Assembly (NCBI GenBank): GCA_965213625.1
Contig: CBDBZU010000004.1
Location: 3,808,001 to 3,872,000, forward strand
DNA: 64,000 nucleotides
Direction of reading: 5' to 3'
From: a bacterium
Lineage (GTDB): Bacteria; UBA8248
Both the position numbers and the translations under genes were made by a program. The notes under the pieces were generated by a model. It did not search any database. It was not told where the DNA came from and saw only the letters and a list, made by a program, of their open reading frames with translations. Each line of letters opens with the position of its first letter. Position 1 is the first letter of the stretch. This document shows positions 38,268 to 48,493 of this stretch, piece after piece.

Positions 38268-39535
38268 GCGGCGCCCCCATCCGAGCCCGCCAGGACTCGA
38301 ACGATGTATGCCGCGGTTCGCTCGGAAGCGCCCTGGTTGTTCTGCACTACCCGGCGGGCCGCCTCACCTGCCCGATTCCGCGATTCCGGATCATCCAGCC
38401 ATTTCAAGACGGCCGCCTCCAAATTCTCCCGCCCCTTCAGTTGAACCGCGCCGCCTTGCTTCACCATCTCGCTCGTCACCTCGGCAAAATTCTCCATGTG
38501 GGGACCACACAGGCACGGCACCGCCCAGCGCGCCGCTTCTATCGGGTTCTGGCCGCCATGGGGAATAAAACTTCCACCGATGATCGCCATCGCCGCGCAC
38601 CCGTACGCATCCGCCAGTTCTCCCATCACATCCAGGATGACTGTTTGATGCTCACCACCCGTATCATTTATCTGGCTCCACCGCACGGGAGAAATTCCTG
38701 CGCCTTTCAGGTCCGCTTCTACCTGGGCCACCCTTTCCAGGTGGCGGGGCGCAAGGAGAAGACCCACTCCCGGCATTTTCCGATGAACGGATGACCACAC
38801 CTCTCCAATCAGTTTCTCTTCTCCCGGGTGCGTGCTGCCGGCCACGATGACGTACCTGCACGCGCTCAAACCATACGCCCCATGCGGGGGCTCCTGAGGC
38901 GGCGCAGGGACGTCGAATTTGACGTTCCCGGAAACCCGCACGGATGTTGCGCCCAAATCCAAAAACCGCTCGGCATCCTCATCCCCGCGCGCCAGCACAT
39001 CTGCGAAACGCTCAAGAAGCGCAGAGAAAAAAAACTGAAAGCGCTTGTACTTATGATATGACCGCTCTGACAGCCTACCGTTTACGATGGATACTGGGAT
39101 ATTCCGTCTTGCCGCCTCCACCACGAGATTCGGCCATATCTCCGTCTCGATGAGCGCGATCATGGACGGCCGGATGCGTCTCAAGGCGGCTTGGACTATC
39201 AAGGGGAAATCCAGAGGCAAGTATATGAGTTGTTCCAGGCCTGAGATTTTTCCGGCCTCGTTCCTGCCTGTTTGCGTTACCGTGGAAAGCACGATCTTGA
39301 GCTCCGGCCTCTTTCTCAGAAGCGCAGGTATCAAGACGGCGGCAACGCCCACTTCCCCCACGGAGACGGCATGCAGCCAAAGACGCCCTCCTCCCGCATC
39401 GGGCAAGCGGGGCAGAAACCCGAACCTTTCACGAACGGCCCGGAGGTCAAACCCCCGGAGCCAGAGGCGGACCAGAAAATACACGAGCAATACGGGCGAG
39501 ATGAGAATAATAACGACATTGTAGAGAAACAACAT
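38264..39535 (-). CDS. waaA: Kdo transferase
   Basis: WLHAVSVGE, ETEIWPN, GNVKFD, AGSTH.GEE, PRH and GGQNPIE motifs. Confidence 0.96.
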   Translation of the reverse strand: MLFLYNVVIILISPVLLVYFLVRLWLRGFDLRAVRERFGFLPRLPDAGGGRLWLHAVSVGEVGVAAVLIPALLRKRPELKIVLSTVTQTGRNEAGKISGLEQLIYLPLDFPLIVQAALRRIRPSMIALIETEIWPNLVVEAARRNIPVSIVNGRLSERSYHKYKRFQFFFSALLERFADVLARGDEDAERFLDLGATSVRVSGNVKFDVPAPPQEPPHGAYGLSACRYVIVAGSTHPGEEKLIGEVWSSVHRKMPGVGLLLAPRHLERVAQVEADLKGAGISPVRWSQINDTGGEHQTVILDVMGELADAYGCAAMAIIGGSFIPHGGQNPIEAARWAVPCLCGPHMENFAEVTSEMVKQGGAVQLKGRENLEAAVLKWLDDPESRNRAGEAARRVVQNNQGASERTAAYIVRVLAGSDGGAA

Positions 39536-39542
39536 GAGCGGC

Positions 39543-40274
39543 TCACTTCCCCGCCGTGTTCTTCAAGTGGTAGTGCGCTTCTTCATTCGCATGCATGAGC
39601 CGTCTTTCGACTTCTGCGCGCTTCGCCTCCAACTCCCCCTTGTCCCGGGTTCGTGGCACTTCCAGAGGCTCTCCACAACAAACAGCGATTTTCCCGAACG
39701 GAAGAGGCATAATCGTCTTGTCCCACGTGGGGATGGTGAAAAAGCGGGATGCCGCGAAGGCGACCGGGCAAATGGGGTACCCCGTGAGACTCGCCAAAGT
39801 AATGACACCCATTTTCACTTTACGAGGGGGGCCCTTCGGGCCATCCGGCGTGATGACGAGTTGGTGTTCCCCTTGTTTCGCCACTCTGACCATCTGCCGA
39901 AACGCAGCGGTTCCGCCTTTATCCCTTCCATCCATCGCAGAGGAAGAGCCTCTCACACAATGGGTATTGAGCCGTGACATCACCTGGGCGAGTAATTCTC
40001 CGTCGTGGCTTCTGCTTGCCATGCATGTGCGGTGAGAATAATACGAATTAAAGAAGCAGGGCAGCCCCAAATGATGATGCCAGAGCACCCAGATAAATTG
40101 TTCATCGCGTCTGCGGTTCATTTTTTCATTCGATTCCGTTTCCGGCATGATCATCGACGAAGTGGCATAGACCGCTTTCAGATAACCCGCGATGACCATG
40201 CCGCCCAGCCACGCCGAAAGCGGCGCATCGGGATTCCGGCCCCATTCATCATAGGCGATTGAATCTTCATTCAT
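39543..40274 (-). CDS. DUF374 lysophospholipid acyltransferase family protein (LpxJ-like)
   Basis: LWH, ASRSHDGE, VRGSS and ITPDGPKGP..K.G..W.K...PLPFGK motifs; between lpxB and waaA. Start estimated. Confidence 0.85.
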   Translation of the reverse strand: MNEDSIAYDEWGRNPDAPLSAWLGGMVIAGYLKAVYATSSMIMPETESNEKMNRRRDEQFIWVLWHHHLGLPCFFNSYYSHRTCMASRSHDGELLAQVMSRLNTHCVRGSSSAMDGRDKGGTAAFRQMVRVAKQGEHQLVITPDGPKGPPRKVKMGVITLASLTGYPICPVAFAASRFFTIPTWDKTIMPLPFGKIAVCCGEPLEVPRTRDKGELEAKRAEVERRLMHANEEAHYHLKNTAGK

Positions 40275-41454
40275 GCTGCGCGTCCTGCGCTTCAAAACCG
40301 AGTTGTGCTGCAATATGCGACGCGGCGCATTCATAGGGGTTCACCCCTTCCAGGGCGTTTTGTATCCTCTCAAAAGCCCTGATTTGCCTTGTCCTCACGC
40401 CATCATCCAAAAGCACTTCCCTCAAGGCATCCGCAATGGATTGCGCGCGCACCTGTTTCTGACACAATTCGGGTACCGCCTCATAGCCGGACAACAAATT
40501 CGCCAGACTGATATAATCCACCTGAAGTAAAAAATACCTTACCAGCGTATACGAGAAGGGATCTCCGGCATACAGAACAACCATCGGCACACCCAAAAGA
40601 GCCGTCTCGAGAGAAGCCGTGCCGCTCGCCACGACCACGGCGTCGGCCGCGCGAATCACTTTGGGTGCATCACCCCTCACGGTACGCACCTCGATACCAG
40701 ATGACTGCAAGCGGTTCGCAACGTATCCTTCGGGCAAGGATATCGCCTCTGAAATCAAAAAACGCAACCCCGGCGTTTGCGTATGGATAATCTTCAGCGC
40801 ATCCACCATGGCGTCCACATGAGAGTCAATTTCCTTGCGTCGACTGCCCGGGAGAAGCGAAATCACTTTATCGCTCATGGATAAGCCCAGTGAGAGCCGG
40901 GCGCTCTCCCTTGAAGGCGCATCTCGAAGTTCATAGGCGATGGGATTGCCGATGAACATGGCATTCCCCCCCAATTCGTTAAAAATTCGAGGCTCGAACG
41001 GAAATATGTTCAAAGCCAGATCGAATACATCCGCAATGGTGCGGGCGCGGCCCTTCCACCAGGCCCATACCTGGGGGGTGATGAAATAAATGCATTTGGG
41101 CGGCTGCGGCAGTTTGCGCACCGCGCGCGCGCACGAAAGATTAAAACCCGGATAATCGACAAAAATCACCGCCTTCGGCTTGTGTTCCGCGATTCTCCGC
41201 AACAGATCTTTCTTGATTTTTTTCAATTTGGGATAAATGCGGGGAATGCCGGCGAAGCCGACAATGGATATATCGCCGATGTCATGGAGTAGTTCCACAC
41301 CCGCCTCGGCCATCAATTGGCCCCCCATCCCGTATATACGGAGGTTCGGCATTCTGGCGGCCAGCGACTGGACTAGATTCGCGGCGTGAACGTCTCCGGA
41401 TTGCTCTCCTGCGAGCACCATGACGTCGTTTGTCGAGCGCTCATCCGAGCTCAT
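40267..41454 (-). CDS. lpxB: Lipid-A-disaccharide synthase
   Basis: AGEQSGD, VDYPGFN, PQVWAW, FPFE, LLPGSR..E and SGTASLE motifs. Confidence 0.96.
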   Translation of the reverse strand: MSSDERSTNDVMVLAGEQSGDVHAANLVQSLAARMPNLRIYGMGGQLMAEAGVELLHDIGDISIVGFAGIPRIYPKLKKIKKDLLRRIAEHKPKAVIFVDYPGFNLSCARAVRKLPQPPKCIYFITPQVWAWWKGRARTIADVFDLALNIFPFEPRIFNELGGNAMFIGNPIAYELRDAPSRESARLSLGLSMSDKVISLLPGSRRKEIDSHVDAMVDALKIIHTQTPGLRFLISEAISLPEGYVANRLQSSGIEVRTVRGDAPKVIRAADAVVVASGTASLETALLGVPMVVLYAGDPFSYTLVRYFLLQVDYISLANLLSGYEAVPELCQKQVRAQSIADALREVLLDDGVRTRQIRAFERIQNALEGVNPYECAASHIAAQLGFEAQDAQHE

Positions 41455-42271
41455 TTTCCATCCAGCCGACAACGATGATGCCCGCTGCGTCGGCTTCCCG
41501 TATCAAGCGCTCGCGATCGATGAGAAAAGTCCGCTCCGCCTCCAGAATCAGCGCCGAAGCGCCGCCCTCGCGCATGACTGCCAAGGTCTCGGGCCCCACT
41601 GTAGGAATATCGTAGCGCATGTCCTGCTTGGGACGGGCCACCTTGCAAACAACAGCCCCTTTTCCGGCGAGAGCACATCCTCTCCGAATCGCCTCGTTCG
41701 TACCTTCGATACCCTCCACGGCAACTACCGTTCCTTTTTGCACCACCAGCGTTTGGCCGATATCCAGCGCGGCAACGCTCCGGGCCATCTGGAACGCATA
41801 TTCCGCATCTCTTCGTTGATTTTGGCGCAACTTTTTTTTTGTGATGCTCCCTCGCGGAGTAATGAGGTGATCGAGATACTCCGTTTGGGGCATCACCTTC
41901 ATCCCGTTTTCTTCCACAAACTCGATAACGGCATCCATGATCGTAGCATCGGCCGTATTCTTGGCATTTTTCATGAAGCGCAGAATCGTCAAATCGAAAC
42001 GCAAAGACTGAAACAAGAAACTTTTCTCCACCTTCCCCACGAGTCCTATCTCTCCAACATTCTCATCGCTGAAAAACCGGATGATTTTATTCGGCTGGGT
42101 GGGAGGGATATGAACTACGGAATCCGCTTCTTTTGATAATGTTTCCTTGACTTCAGCGGATAAAGCCACCACGGACACGTGCTTACCCCGTTTTTTCGCT
42201 CTGGAAACAAACTCGGACGACAGAGTACCCGAACCTGCAACGAGGCCAATTCTCTCCAGTGAATTCGGCAT
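41441..42271 (-). CDS. lpxI: UDP-2,3-diacylglucosamine pyrophosphatase LpxI
   Basis: IGLVAGSG, DIGQ, AVEGIEGT and P.QDMRYDIPTVG..T motifs. Confidence 0.93.
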   Translation of the reverse strand: MPNSLERIGLVAGSGTLSSEFVSRAKKRGKHVSVVALSAEVKETLSKEADSVVHIPPTQPNKIIRFFSDENVGEIGLVGKVEKSFLFQSLRFDLTILRFMKNAKNTADATIMDAVIEFVEENGMKVMPQTEYLDHLITPRGSITKKKLRQNQRRDAEYAFQMARSVAALDIGQTLVVQKGTVVAVEGIEGTNEAIRRGCALAGKGAVVCKVARPKQDMRYDIPTVGPETLAVMREGGASALILEAERTFLIDRERLIREADAAGIIVVGWMENELG

Positions 42272-42279
42272 GGTAAATT

Positions 42280-43251
42280 CTAGTGAGTCGAGGGCATGGT
42301 GCTTTTCAGCATGTCTACGATACGCAGGGCAATCTCCAAAGACCGCAACTCTCTTTCGGGTTCGGAAACAACATCCTGCAACTGTGCCGCTTGCAGGAAA
42401 TGACGCAATTCCAACTTGAGCGGATTGTCTTTATGGACAAACACTCTTTCCACCTGAAATTGTTCGCGGTACTTGAGTTCCTCTCTGGTCAACTGGTGCT
42501 CACTCTTCGCCTGGCGGTGAATCCTGAGCTCCTGGTCCGCATAATCGAGCGTAATGAACGCGTCCGGTTGCGAGACGGAAAGCGTCCTGATCTTGTTCTG
42601 CGTCACCCGGCTTGCAGTAAGGTTCGCCACACACCCACCTGCAAAACCAATCTGCACGTTCGCCACGTCATCCCTATCCGAGAGAACGCTCGCGCCGGTA
42701 GCCGAGAGCAAATCAATCTCCTCGTCCACCAACCTTAACACGATGTCGAGATCGTGAATCATCAAGTCGAGCACGACGCCGTCTTCCTTCACTCTCGGCG
42801 AGAAGGGACCCAGCCTGCGGCATTCAATCAGGGTGGGCGCATCCAAAATGTTACCCAACTCCTGAACGGCTCCGTTGAACCGCTCCACATGGCCAATGTG
42901 AAGCACCAGATTATTTCTGGTTGCCAGGTCGAACAGTTCCCGAGCTTCCTCCATCGTTGTACAGATGGGCTTTTCCACCAAAGCATGTATGCCATTTTCG
43001 AGAAAAATCCGGGACACTTCAAAATGCTGCAAGGTGGGAACTGCGATGGTAACCGCATCTACCCGACCAATCAGGTCGGCGGGGTCCGAAAACGCCTCCG
43101 CCCCGTATCTATCGGCCAATTCCCGGGCACGGTCTGGCACCAAATCACAAACAGCCACCAGATTCGCGTCCAAAAGTTCGGAAAGCGCGGCTACATGGTA
43201 ACTCCCCATATGGCCGACACCGACGACGCCAACACGCAGGGAATCCAGCAT
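42280..43251 (-). CDS. Gfo/Idh/MocA oxidoreductase, GnnA-like (UDP-GlcNAc 3-dehydrogenase candidate)
   Basis: VGVVGVGHMG..H, IAVPT..H, LVEKP, GHVERFN, DLMIHDLD and ANLTASR motifs; located between lpxA and lpxI. Confidence 0.85.
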   Translation of the reverse strand: MLDSLRVGVVGVGHMGSYHVAALSELLDANLVAVCDLVPDRARELADRYGAEAFSDPADLIGRVDAVTIAVPTLQHFEVSRIFLENGIHALVEKPICTTMEEARELFDLATRNNLVLHIGHVERFNGAVQELGNILDAPTLIECRRLGPFSPRVKEDGVVLDLMIHDLDIVLRLVDEEIDLLSATGASVLSDRDDVANVQIGFAGGCVANLTASRVTQNKIRTLSVSQPDAFITLDYADQELRIHRQAKSEHQLTREELKYREQFQVERVFVHKDNPLKLELRHFLQAAQLQDVVSEPERELRSLEIALRIVDMLKSTMPSTH

Positions 43252-43280
43252 GGGCTTTTAACCTCTTAAAAAACCTACCC

Positions 43281-44063
43281 TTATACGCGGCCTTGATATA
43301 TGCCATTCTTCGAACTGCGCACGAATTCTACCACGGAACGGATTTCCGCTCCTAACGACGCATCCGCTTCTATTTTCTCTATTTTCTGCGCCATCGTACC
43401 CGCCTCGTTGAACAGGATTCCATACGCTCTTTTTATCTGCGCTCTTACATCAGCCGAAACGCCCCTCCTGCGCAAGCCGACTACATTCAGCCCCACCACG
43501 CGAAAAGGAGCACCCGCCATCTTGACGAACGGAGGCACATCTTTCCTCACCGCGATGGGACCCACCAGTATCGCCCCCTCCCCAACTCTCATACGCTGAT
43601 GTACGCCGATGAAGTTGGAGATGAAGCAGTTGTTTCCGACTTCCACATGCCCTCCCAAAGAGCAATGGTTCACCAGAATGACCTCTTCGCCCACGCGGCA
43701 ATCATGGCCCACATGCGCGCCGACCATGACGTAGCACTTTCCTCCGATTACCGTATTCTGACCCGAGTACATCGACCGATGGATTGTCGCCGTCTCGCGG
43801 ATAATCGTACCCGCTCCGATCTCAACCCCGCCTGAATCCGACTGCAAATCAACAACCTGCGCTTCCAAACCGATGACGGCATTCGGAAAAATCCGGCACC
43901 CCTCTCCGATAACGGCAGGACCCTGGATGGTTGCGTTCTGTCCGATTTCGCATCCGTCTCGAAGAATCACATCGGCGCCTACAAAAGCGCCCGGGCCGAT
44001 TTTCAAATCCTGCCCGAGTTGCGCTTCGGCGTGAATATATGAAGTGGGGGCTATGTCGTTCAA
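43281..44063 (-). CDS. lpxA: Acyl-ACP--UDP-N-acetylglucosamine O-acyltransferase
   Basis: Hexapeptide repeats, IRE..TIHR, HVGHDC, GHV, HQ, KDVPPF and GLN.VGLRRRG motifs. Confidence 0.94.
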   Translation of the reverse strand: MNDIAPTSYIHAEAQLGQDLKIGPGAFVGADVILRDGCEIGQNATIQGPAVIGEGCRIFPNAVIGLEAQVVDLQSDSGGVEIGAGTIIRETATIHRSMYSGQNTVIGGKCYVMVGAHVGHDCRVGEEVILVNHCSLGGHVEVGNNCFISNFIGVHQRMRVGEGAILVGPIAVRKDVPPFVKMAGAPFRVVGLNVVGLRRRGVSADVRAQIKRAYGILFNEAGTMAQKIEKIEADASLGAEIRSVVEFVRSSKNGIYQGRV

Positions 44064-44506
44064 TTTTTATCTTGACGGGGAGTGGCGTAAGCAGTGAAAA
44101 CACCTTCGGCGGCTATCTGACCCCCTGCAAATGCCCGCCCTTCGAACTTCCACAAAGTCCTTCTGTTTTTCAGGAGTTTAGCGTGCAACTCCAATAAATC
44201 GCCGGGAACGACAGGACGCCTGAATTTCACCTGCTCGATGCCCGTGAAGAAAAATTCCGCCTCGGGTTCGACCAATTTCAACTCGAACAGGCAAATCAAA
44301 CCGGTCTGCGCCAACGCTTCGATAATCAATACGCCCGGCATGATGGGGTTGCCAGGAAAATGCCCCCTGAAAAAAGGTTCATCGATCGAGATTATTTTCT
44401 GGGCTACGACAGAATTTTCTTCCTTGTCGATTGCAGTTACCTGATCCACGAAAAGAAACGGCTCTCTATGCGGGATTAACTCCTGAATCCGCTGATTATC
44501 TATCAT
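44060..44506 (-). CDS. fabZ: 3-hydroxyacyl-ACP dehydratase
   Basis: [32 protein letters not shown] and FRRPVVPGD motifs. Confidence 0.96.
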   Translation of the reverse strand: MIDNQRIQELIPHREPFLFVDQVTAIDKEENSVVAQKIISIDEPFFRGHFPGNPIMPGVLIIEALAQTGLICLFELKLVEPEAEFFFTGIEQVKFRRPVVPGDLLELHAKLLKNRRTLWKFEGRAFAGGQIAAEGVFTAYATPRQDKN

Positions 44507-45510
44507 GATTCCAGTTTACCAATCCTTCTTTCGAGTTGATTTACTCTTTTCGATAGCCTCGGCAAATTCCTCAAAACCGCAATTCGCCTCCGCGCATCGC
44601 GAATTTCCGTCGCCGGATGGTGCATATATACTTTCCCGCCCTCGAGGCTCGTCAGCACGCCGGTATTCGCACCCAGCTTGGCGTTATCACCAATTTCGAC
44701 ATGATCCGCCACCCCGACACGGCCACCCATCATGACGCCCCGTCCTATCGTCACACTACCCGCAATGCCAACATGACCCGCTAGTATGCAACCTTCCCCA
44801 ATCACGACGTTGTGCGCTATTTGGACCTGGTTGTCGATTTTCGTGCCTCGGCCGATTCTCGTTTCCGTGAGCGTGGCCCGATCAATCGTGGTGTTCGCCC
44901 CGATTTCCACATCATCCTCGATGACGACCGTGCCCGTCTGCGGATATTTGAAAACACCACCCTCTTCATCGGGAATATATCCAAACCCGTCCGACCCTAC
45001 GACGACTCCCGCATGGAGGGTCACTCGCGCTCCGATTTCCACATCGGCGTACAAAACACAATTCGGATGCACGAAACACCCCGAACCAATTTTTACATTT
45101 TCGCCGACGTGCACACCCGCCCCGATATATGAACCATCGCCCAGCACAACACCACCGGCGAGAGACGCGAACGGACCTACATATACACCGTCTCCCAGGC
45201 GAGCCGTATCGGAAATTCTGGCGTCGTCATCAATTTCCGGCTGAAATTTTCGAGGGGGGCGAAACAGCGATACCGCGCGAGCAAAAAACAAGCGGGGGTT
45301 TTGGGTTGCAATAGAAGGGCGGTCTGTTTCCAACCCCCGTGGGACGATTAGCGCACCGGCATCCGTATGCGTGGCAAACTTTTTCGCAGAATCCACATAA
45401 CTCAAATCGTTTGGCGAAGCCTTTTCATACTCTGCCACATCTTGTAAGTCTACGTTCCCGTTACCGATCAAATCTCCGCCAAGCAGATTAACGATATCTG
45501 CGAGAAGCAT
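44503..45510 (-). CDS. lpxD: UDP-3-O-acyl-glucosamine N-acyltransferase
   Basis: [28 protein letters not shown] and [11 protein letters not shown] motifs. Confidence 0.96.
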   Translation of the reverse strand: MLLADIVNLLGGDLIGNGNVDLQDVAEYEKASPNDLSYVDSAKKFATHTDAGALIVPRGLETDRPSIATQNPRLFFARAVSLFRPPRKFQPEIDDDARISDTARLGDGVYVGPFASLAGGVVLGDGSYIGAGVHVGENVKIGSGCFVHPNCVLYADVEIGARVTLHAGVVVGSDGFGYIPDEEGGVFKYPQTGTVVIEDDVEIGANTTIDRATLTETRIGRGTKIDNQVQIAHNVVIGEGCILAGHVGIAGSVTIGRGVMMGGRVGVADHVEIGDNAKLGANTGVLTSLEGGKVYMHHPATEIRDARRRIAVLRNLPRLSKRVNQLERRIGKLES

Positions 45511-45511
45511 T

Positions 45512-46090
45512 TTATTTCTTCTTCTGGTCGTATAGCTTGATCACCCTCTCGGTCAGATCCACTTTGGGGTTGCGAAACAAGACTCCGCCAGAGGCGCTGT
45601 CTACAATGACGTCCAGACCTTCTTGTTTACCTATTTCCTCAACGATGACACGTACTTCTTTCAAAACATTCTCTGTGGCTACTCTTCCGCGATCCTGAAG
45701 GTCTCGCTCGCTTTCTCGAACCAACCGTCTCAGATTGTCGTTTTCGCGCGCAAATTCCCTTCTCTGGGACCTCAATTCAAATGCCTTGCGCTCTTTCTCT
45801 TCCTGGCGCCAAATAGCGCTTTTCTGGTCAATCTCCAATTGCAATTCCCGCACCTTATTCGCAATCTTGGTTAAATCTGCACGCCTCTTTTGAATCGTGG
45901 TTTGGAGCCTCTTTTTCTCCCTTTCCAAAAACGACTTCGCGGTCCGCCCGCCTTTTGAAGCCTGTAATACGCGCTGAATGTTGACAACCCCATATTTCGC
46001 GCCGGCCGATTCCACATCACTGGCATGTGCAAATACGAAAAATATCGATGGTAGTAAAACCAATAGCCAAAAACGCCTCACACCAAACAT
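45512..46090 (-). CDS. skp: Periplasmic chaperone Skp/OmpH
   Basis: Signal peptide, GVVNIQRVL, coiled coil and DLTERVIK; between bamA and lpxD. Confidence 0.9.
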   Translation of the reverse strand: MFGVRRFWLLVLLPSIFFVFAHASDVESAGAKYGVVNIQRVLQASKGGRTAKSFLEREKKRLQTTIQKRRADLTKIANKVRELQLEIDQKSAIWRQEEKERKAFELRSQRREFARENDNLRRLVRESERDLQDRGRVATENVLKEVRVIVEEIGKQEGLDVIVDSASGGVLFRNPKVDLTERVIKLYDQKKK

Positions 46091-46125
46091 CCTCCACCCA
46101 TTTGCTAATAACGACTCAAATACCG

Positions 46126-48441
46126 TTAAAACGCAGCCCCAATTCCTAAATGCGCCTCTCTACTACGCTCGTTCTCTTTTTTATCCAGCTTGTATCCAAT
46201 ATCAAGCCGCATGGGGCCGATTGGCGTGATGATGCGTAAACCGACTCCAGCGCCGTAACGCAAATCTCCCAAATCCAACGCGTTATCCTCGTCCCAGATG
46301 TTCCCCATATCAATAAAGGCTGCAACCTGGGTCGGCCCGATGAAAGGATGCGTTAATTCAATTGAGGCGACCGCGGCGGAGAATCCACCTATGGCTTCGC
46401 CCTGCAGATCTTTCGGTCCCAAATCACTGGAAGTGAATCCCCGAACTGTGTACTTTCTCGTGGCGTACAAGCGACGGAACGCGGGCACTTCGCCCTTGAG
46501 CGAGTCTACGTAGCGGACATTACCCCTCAAATTCAAAATCAAATCTCGCAAAAAGCGGACCCGGAAACGCTCCCCGATATTATAGTATTGCCTGAATTCC
46601 GCTTCTGTGGAGAAAACATCGACATTTCCACCTAAAATTGAGGTAGAAATTGTGGCGCTAACACTCCAGTACGTACCATCCGTAGGGAAAATCGGTCTGT
46701 TCAGGCTATCGTAGACTAACCTTGGAATAATGCTGCTCTCGAGAAAAGTTTCTCCTTCCTGCTCAAGAATCGTAGTTATCGCCGTGTCGGAAACATCGCT
46801 GATTTGCGATTCTGCGATTTCATAAGAGATGAAAGCTCTCAAAAATTCCTGAAATTCCTTCCCGACCGTGATGCGGCCGCCCTGTCTCTCGTTGTCGAAA
46901 GTTTCATATTCCTGATCGACGAAAAAGAGGCTTCCCCCAAGAGAGTAGCCGGAGTCCCGGAAACTGGGATCGAAGTATTCCGCAACCAGATCAAAACGAT
47001 CGGAAGAAATTCTGGTGAATAATGAACCCACCAAACCCTTGCCGAACAAATTCGCTTCTCTCAATTCACCTTGCCCGTAAACGCCCTCGTCGCTGTTGAT
47101 GCCGATGCCGCCCGTGATAGAGCCGGTTGGTTTCTCCTTCACCTCAATTTCAATATCGAGTATTTCATCGTTCCCGGGGCGTCGTTTTTCAACGACTTTC
47201 ACCGTTTCGAAATAGTTCTTCCGAACGAGACGCAGACGCGTCAAATCCAAACCTTTCTTGCTATAAAGCGACCCCTCGATAACCCGGACATCCCGGCGAA
47301 TCACATTCTCGCGAGTACGAGTGTTGCCTTTTACCCCTACTTTTCCAATGTATACTCTTCGTCCTTTGTTGATTCGAACCGTTATGTCGATCGTCTTTTT
47401 CTTATCGTCAGTTTTCGTAAAACTATTGACGTCCACGAACGCATATCCACGGTCTGAAAATTGATTCGTTATCACTTGCACATCGGAGATTAAGCGGGTT
47501 TTGTTAAAAACATCGCCCACAAAAAGACGCATCTCCTCCCTGATCTCATCCAGGGGTATGACATCCTCTCCACCGCGTATATCAATTTTTGCAATTCTGT
47601 ACCGCAAACCCTCGCTGATAGGTATCGTGATATCTATCCGGCCTCTACCACGATCTTCACGGATGCCGGGCTGCCCGACCTGAACTTTTGCGTACCCGCG
47701 ACTCTCATACAATAAGCGAATCCGCACCAGATCTTTTTGCATTTCCTCTTCGTTGAATATCCCCGAACTGGTAAGAAAAGAGAAAAAGCCCTTTTCGCTG
47801 GTCTCCATGGCCTTGAGCAAATCTCTCCTGGAGACGTTCTCGTTGCCTTTGAAATTAATCGAGCCGATGCTGACAGTTTCACCTTCATCTATCACGATCG
47901 TGACAGCGACGGTGTTCTGGCCGCTTTCTTTCAAAACGGCTTCTATGCGAGCGAAATAATAGCCGCTCTCCTGGTAGAGTTTTCGGATGTTGCGGACAGT
48001 TTCTTTGACGATGGATTCGTTGACGATGGTCTGAACCTTGACCGTGACGTGTTCGCGGATTTTCTCCAGATCCAGATTGCTGTTTCCAATGATTTCAATC
48101 TGGTTGATCGTGGGCTTTTCACTGAGCTGAAAAATCACGCGGAGCCCGCCTTCCAGAGACTCCACCTCAACTTTCACATCCCGGAAAAATCCCAGTTTGT
48201 ATATGGCCCGGACATCCTCCCGGATTTGACGGACCAATTCCGTGTTGGTGTAGTTTTGCCCTTCTTTGAGCTTCACGTAGAAAAGGACGGTGGAGCGATC
48301 GACCCGGCGATTTCCTTTGACTTCAATGCCGCGCAACGTGATGGCCGGTGAAGCCGACTGCCCTGCCGACTCATGCGAAACGGCAAAAAGAAACACGGCG
48401 GCCATGACGGCGCAAGTCAACACCTTCGCCGTACAACTCAT
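46126..48441 (-). CDS. bamA: Outer membrane protein assembly factor BamA
   Basis: POTRA repeats (I.V.GN.R; GNTRTRE.VIRR), VRGF motif, G.GLR..TP.GP.R.D and terminal F. Start uncertain (ORF open to 48510). Confidence 0.95.
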   Translation of the reverse strand: MSCTAKVLTCAVMAAVFLFAVSHESAGQSASPAITLRGIEVKGNRRVDRSTVLFYVKLKEGQNYTNTELVRQIREDVRAIYKLGFFRDVKVEVESLEGGLRVIFQLSEKPTINQIEIIGNSNLDLEKIREHVTVKVQTIVNESIVKETVRNIRKLYQESGYYFARIEAVLKESGQNTVAVTIVIDEGETVSIGSINFKGNENVSRRDLLKAMETSEKGFFSFLTSSGIFNEEEMQKDLVRIRLLYESRGYAKVQVGQPGIREDRGRGRIDITIPISEGLRYRIAKIDIRGGEDVIPLDEIREEMRLFVGDVFNKTRLISDVQVITNQFSDRGYAFVDVNSFTKTDDKKKTIDITVRINKGRRVYIGKVGVKGNTRTRENVIRRDVRVIEGSLYSKKGLDLTRLRLVRKNYFETVKVVEKRRPGNDEILDIEIEVKEKPTGSITGGIGINSDEGVYGQGELREANLFGKGLVGSLFTRISSDRFDLVAEYFDPSFRDSGYSLGGSLFFVDQEYETFDNERQGGRITVGKEFQEFLRAFISYEIAESQISDVSDTAITTILEQEGETFLESSIIPRLVYDSLNRPIFPTDGTYWSVSATISTSILGGNVDVFSTEAEFRQYYNIGERFRVRFLRDLILNLRGNVRYVDSLKGEVPAFRRLYATRKYTVRGFTSSDLGPKDLQGEAIGGFSAAVASIELTHPFIGPTQVAAFIDMGNIWDEDNALDLGDLRYGAGVGLRIITPIGPMRLDIGYKLDKKENERSREAHLGIGAAF

Positions 48442-48493
48442 AAGACCACCCCCCGAGCAAGAAGGGGAAACGAGTTTCAGTTTTTCGGTGAAG

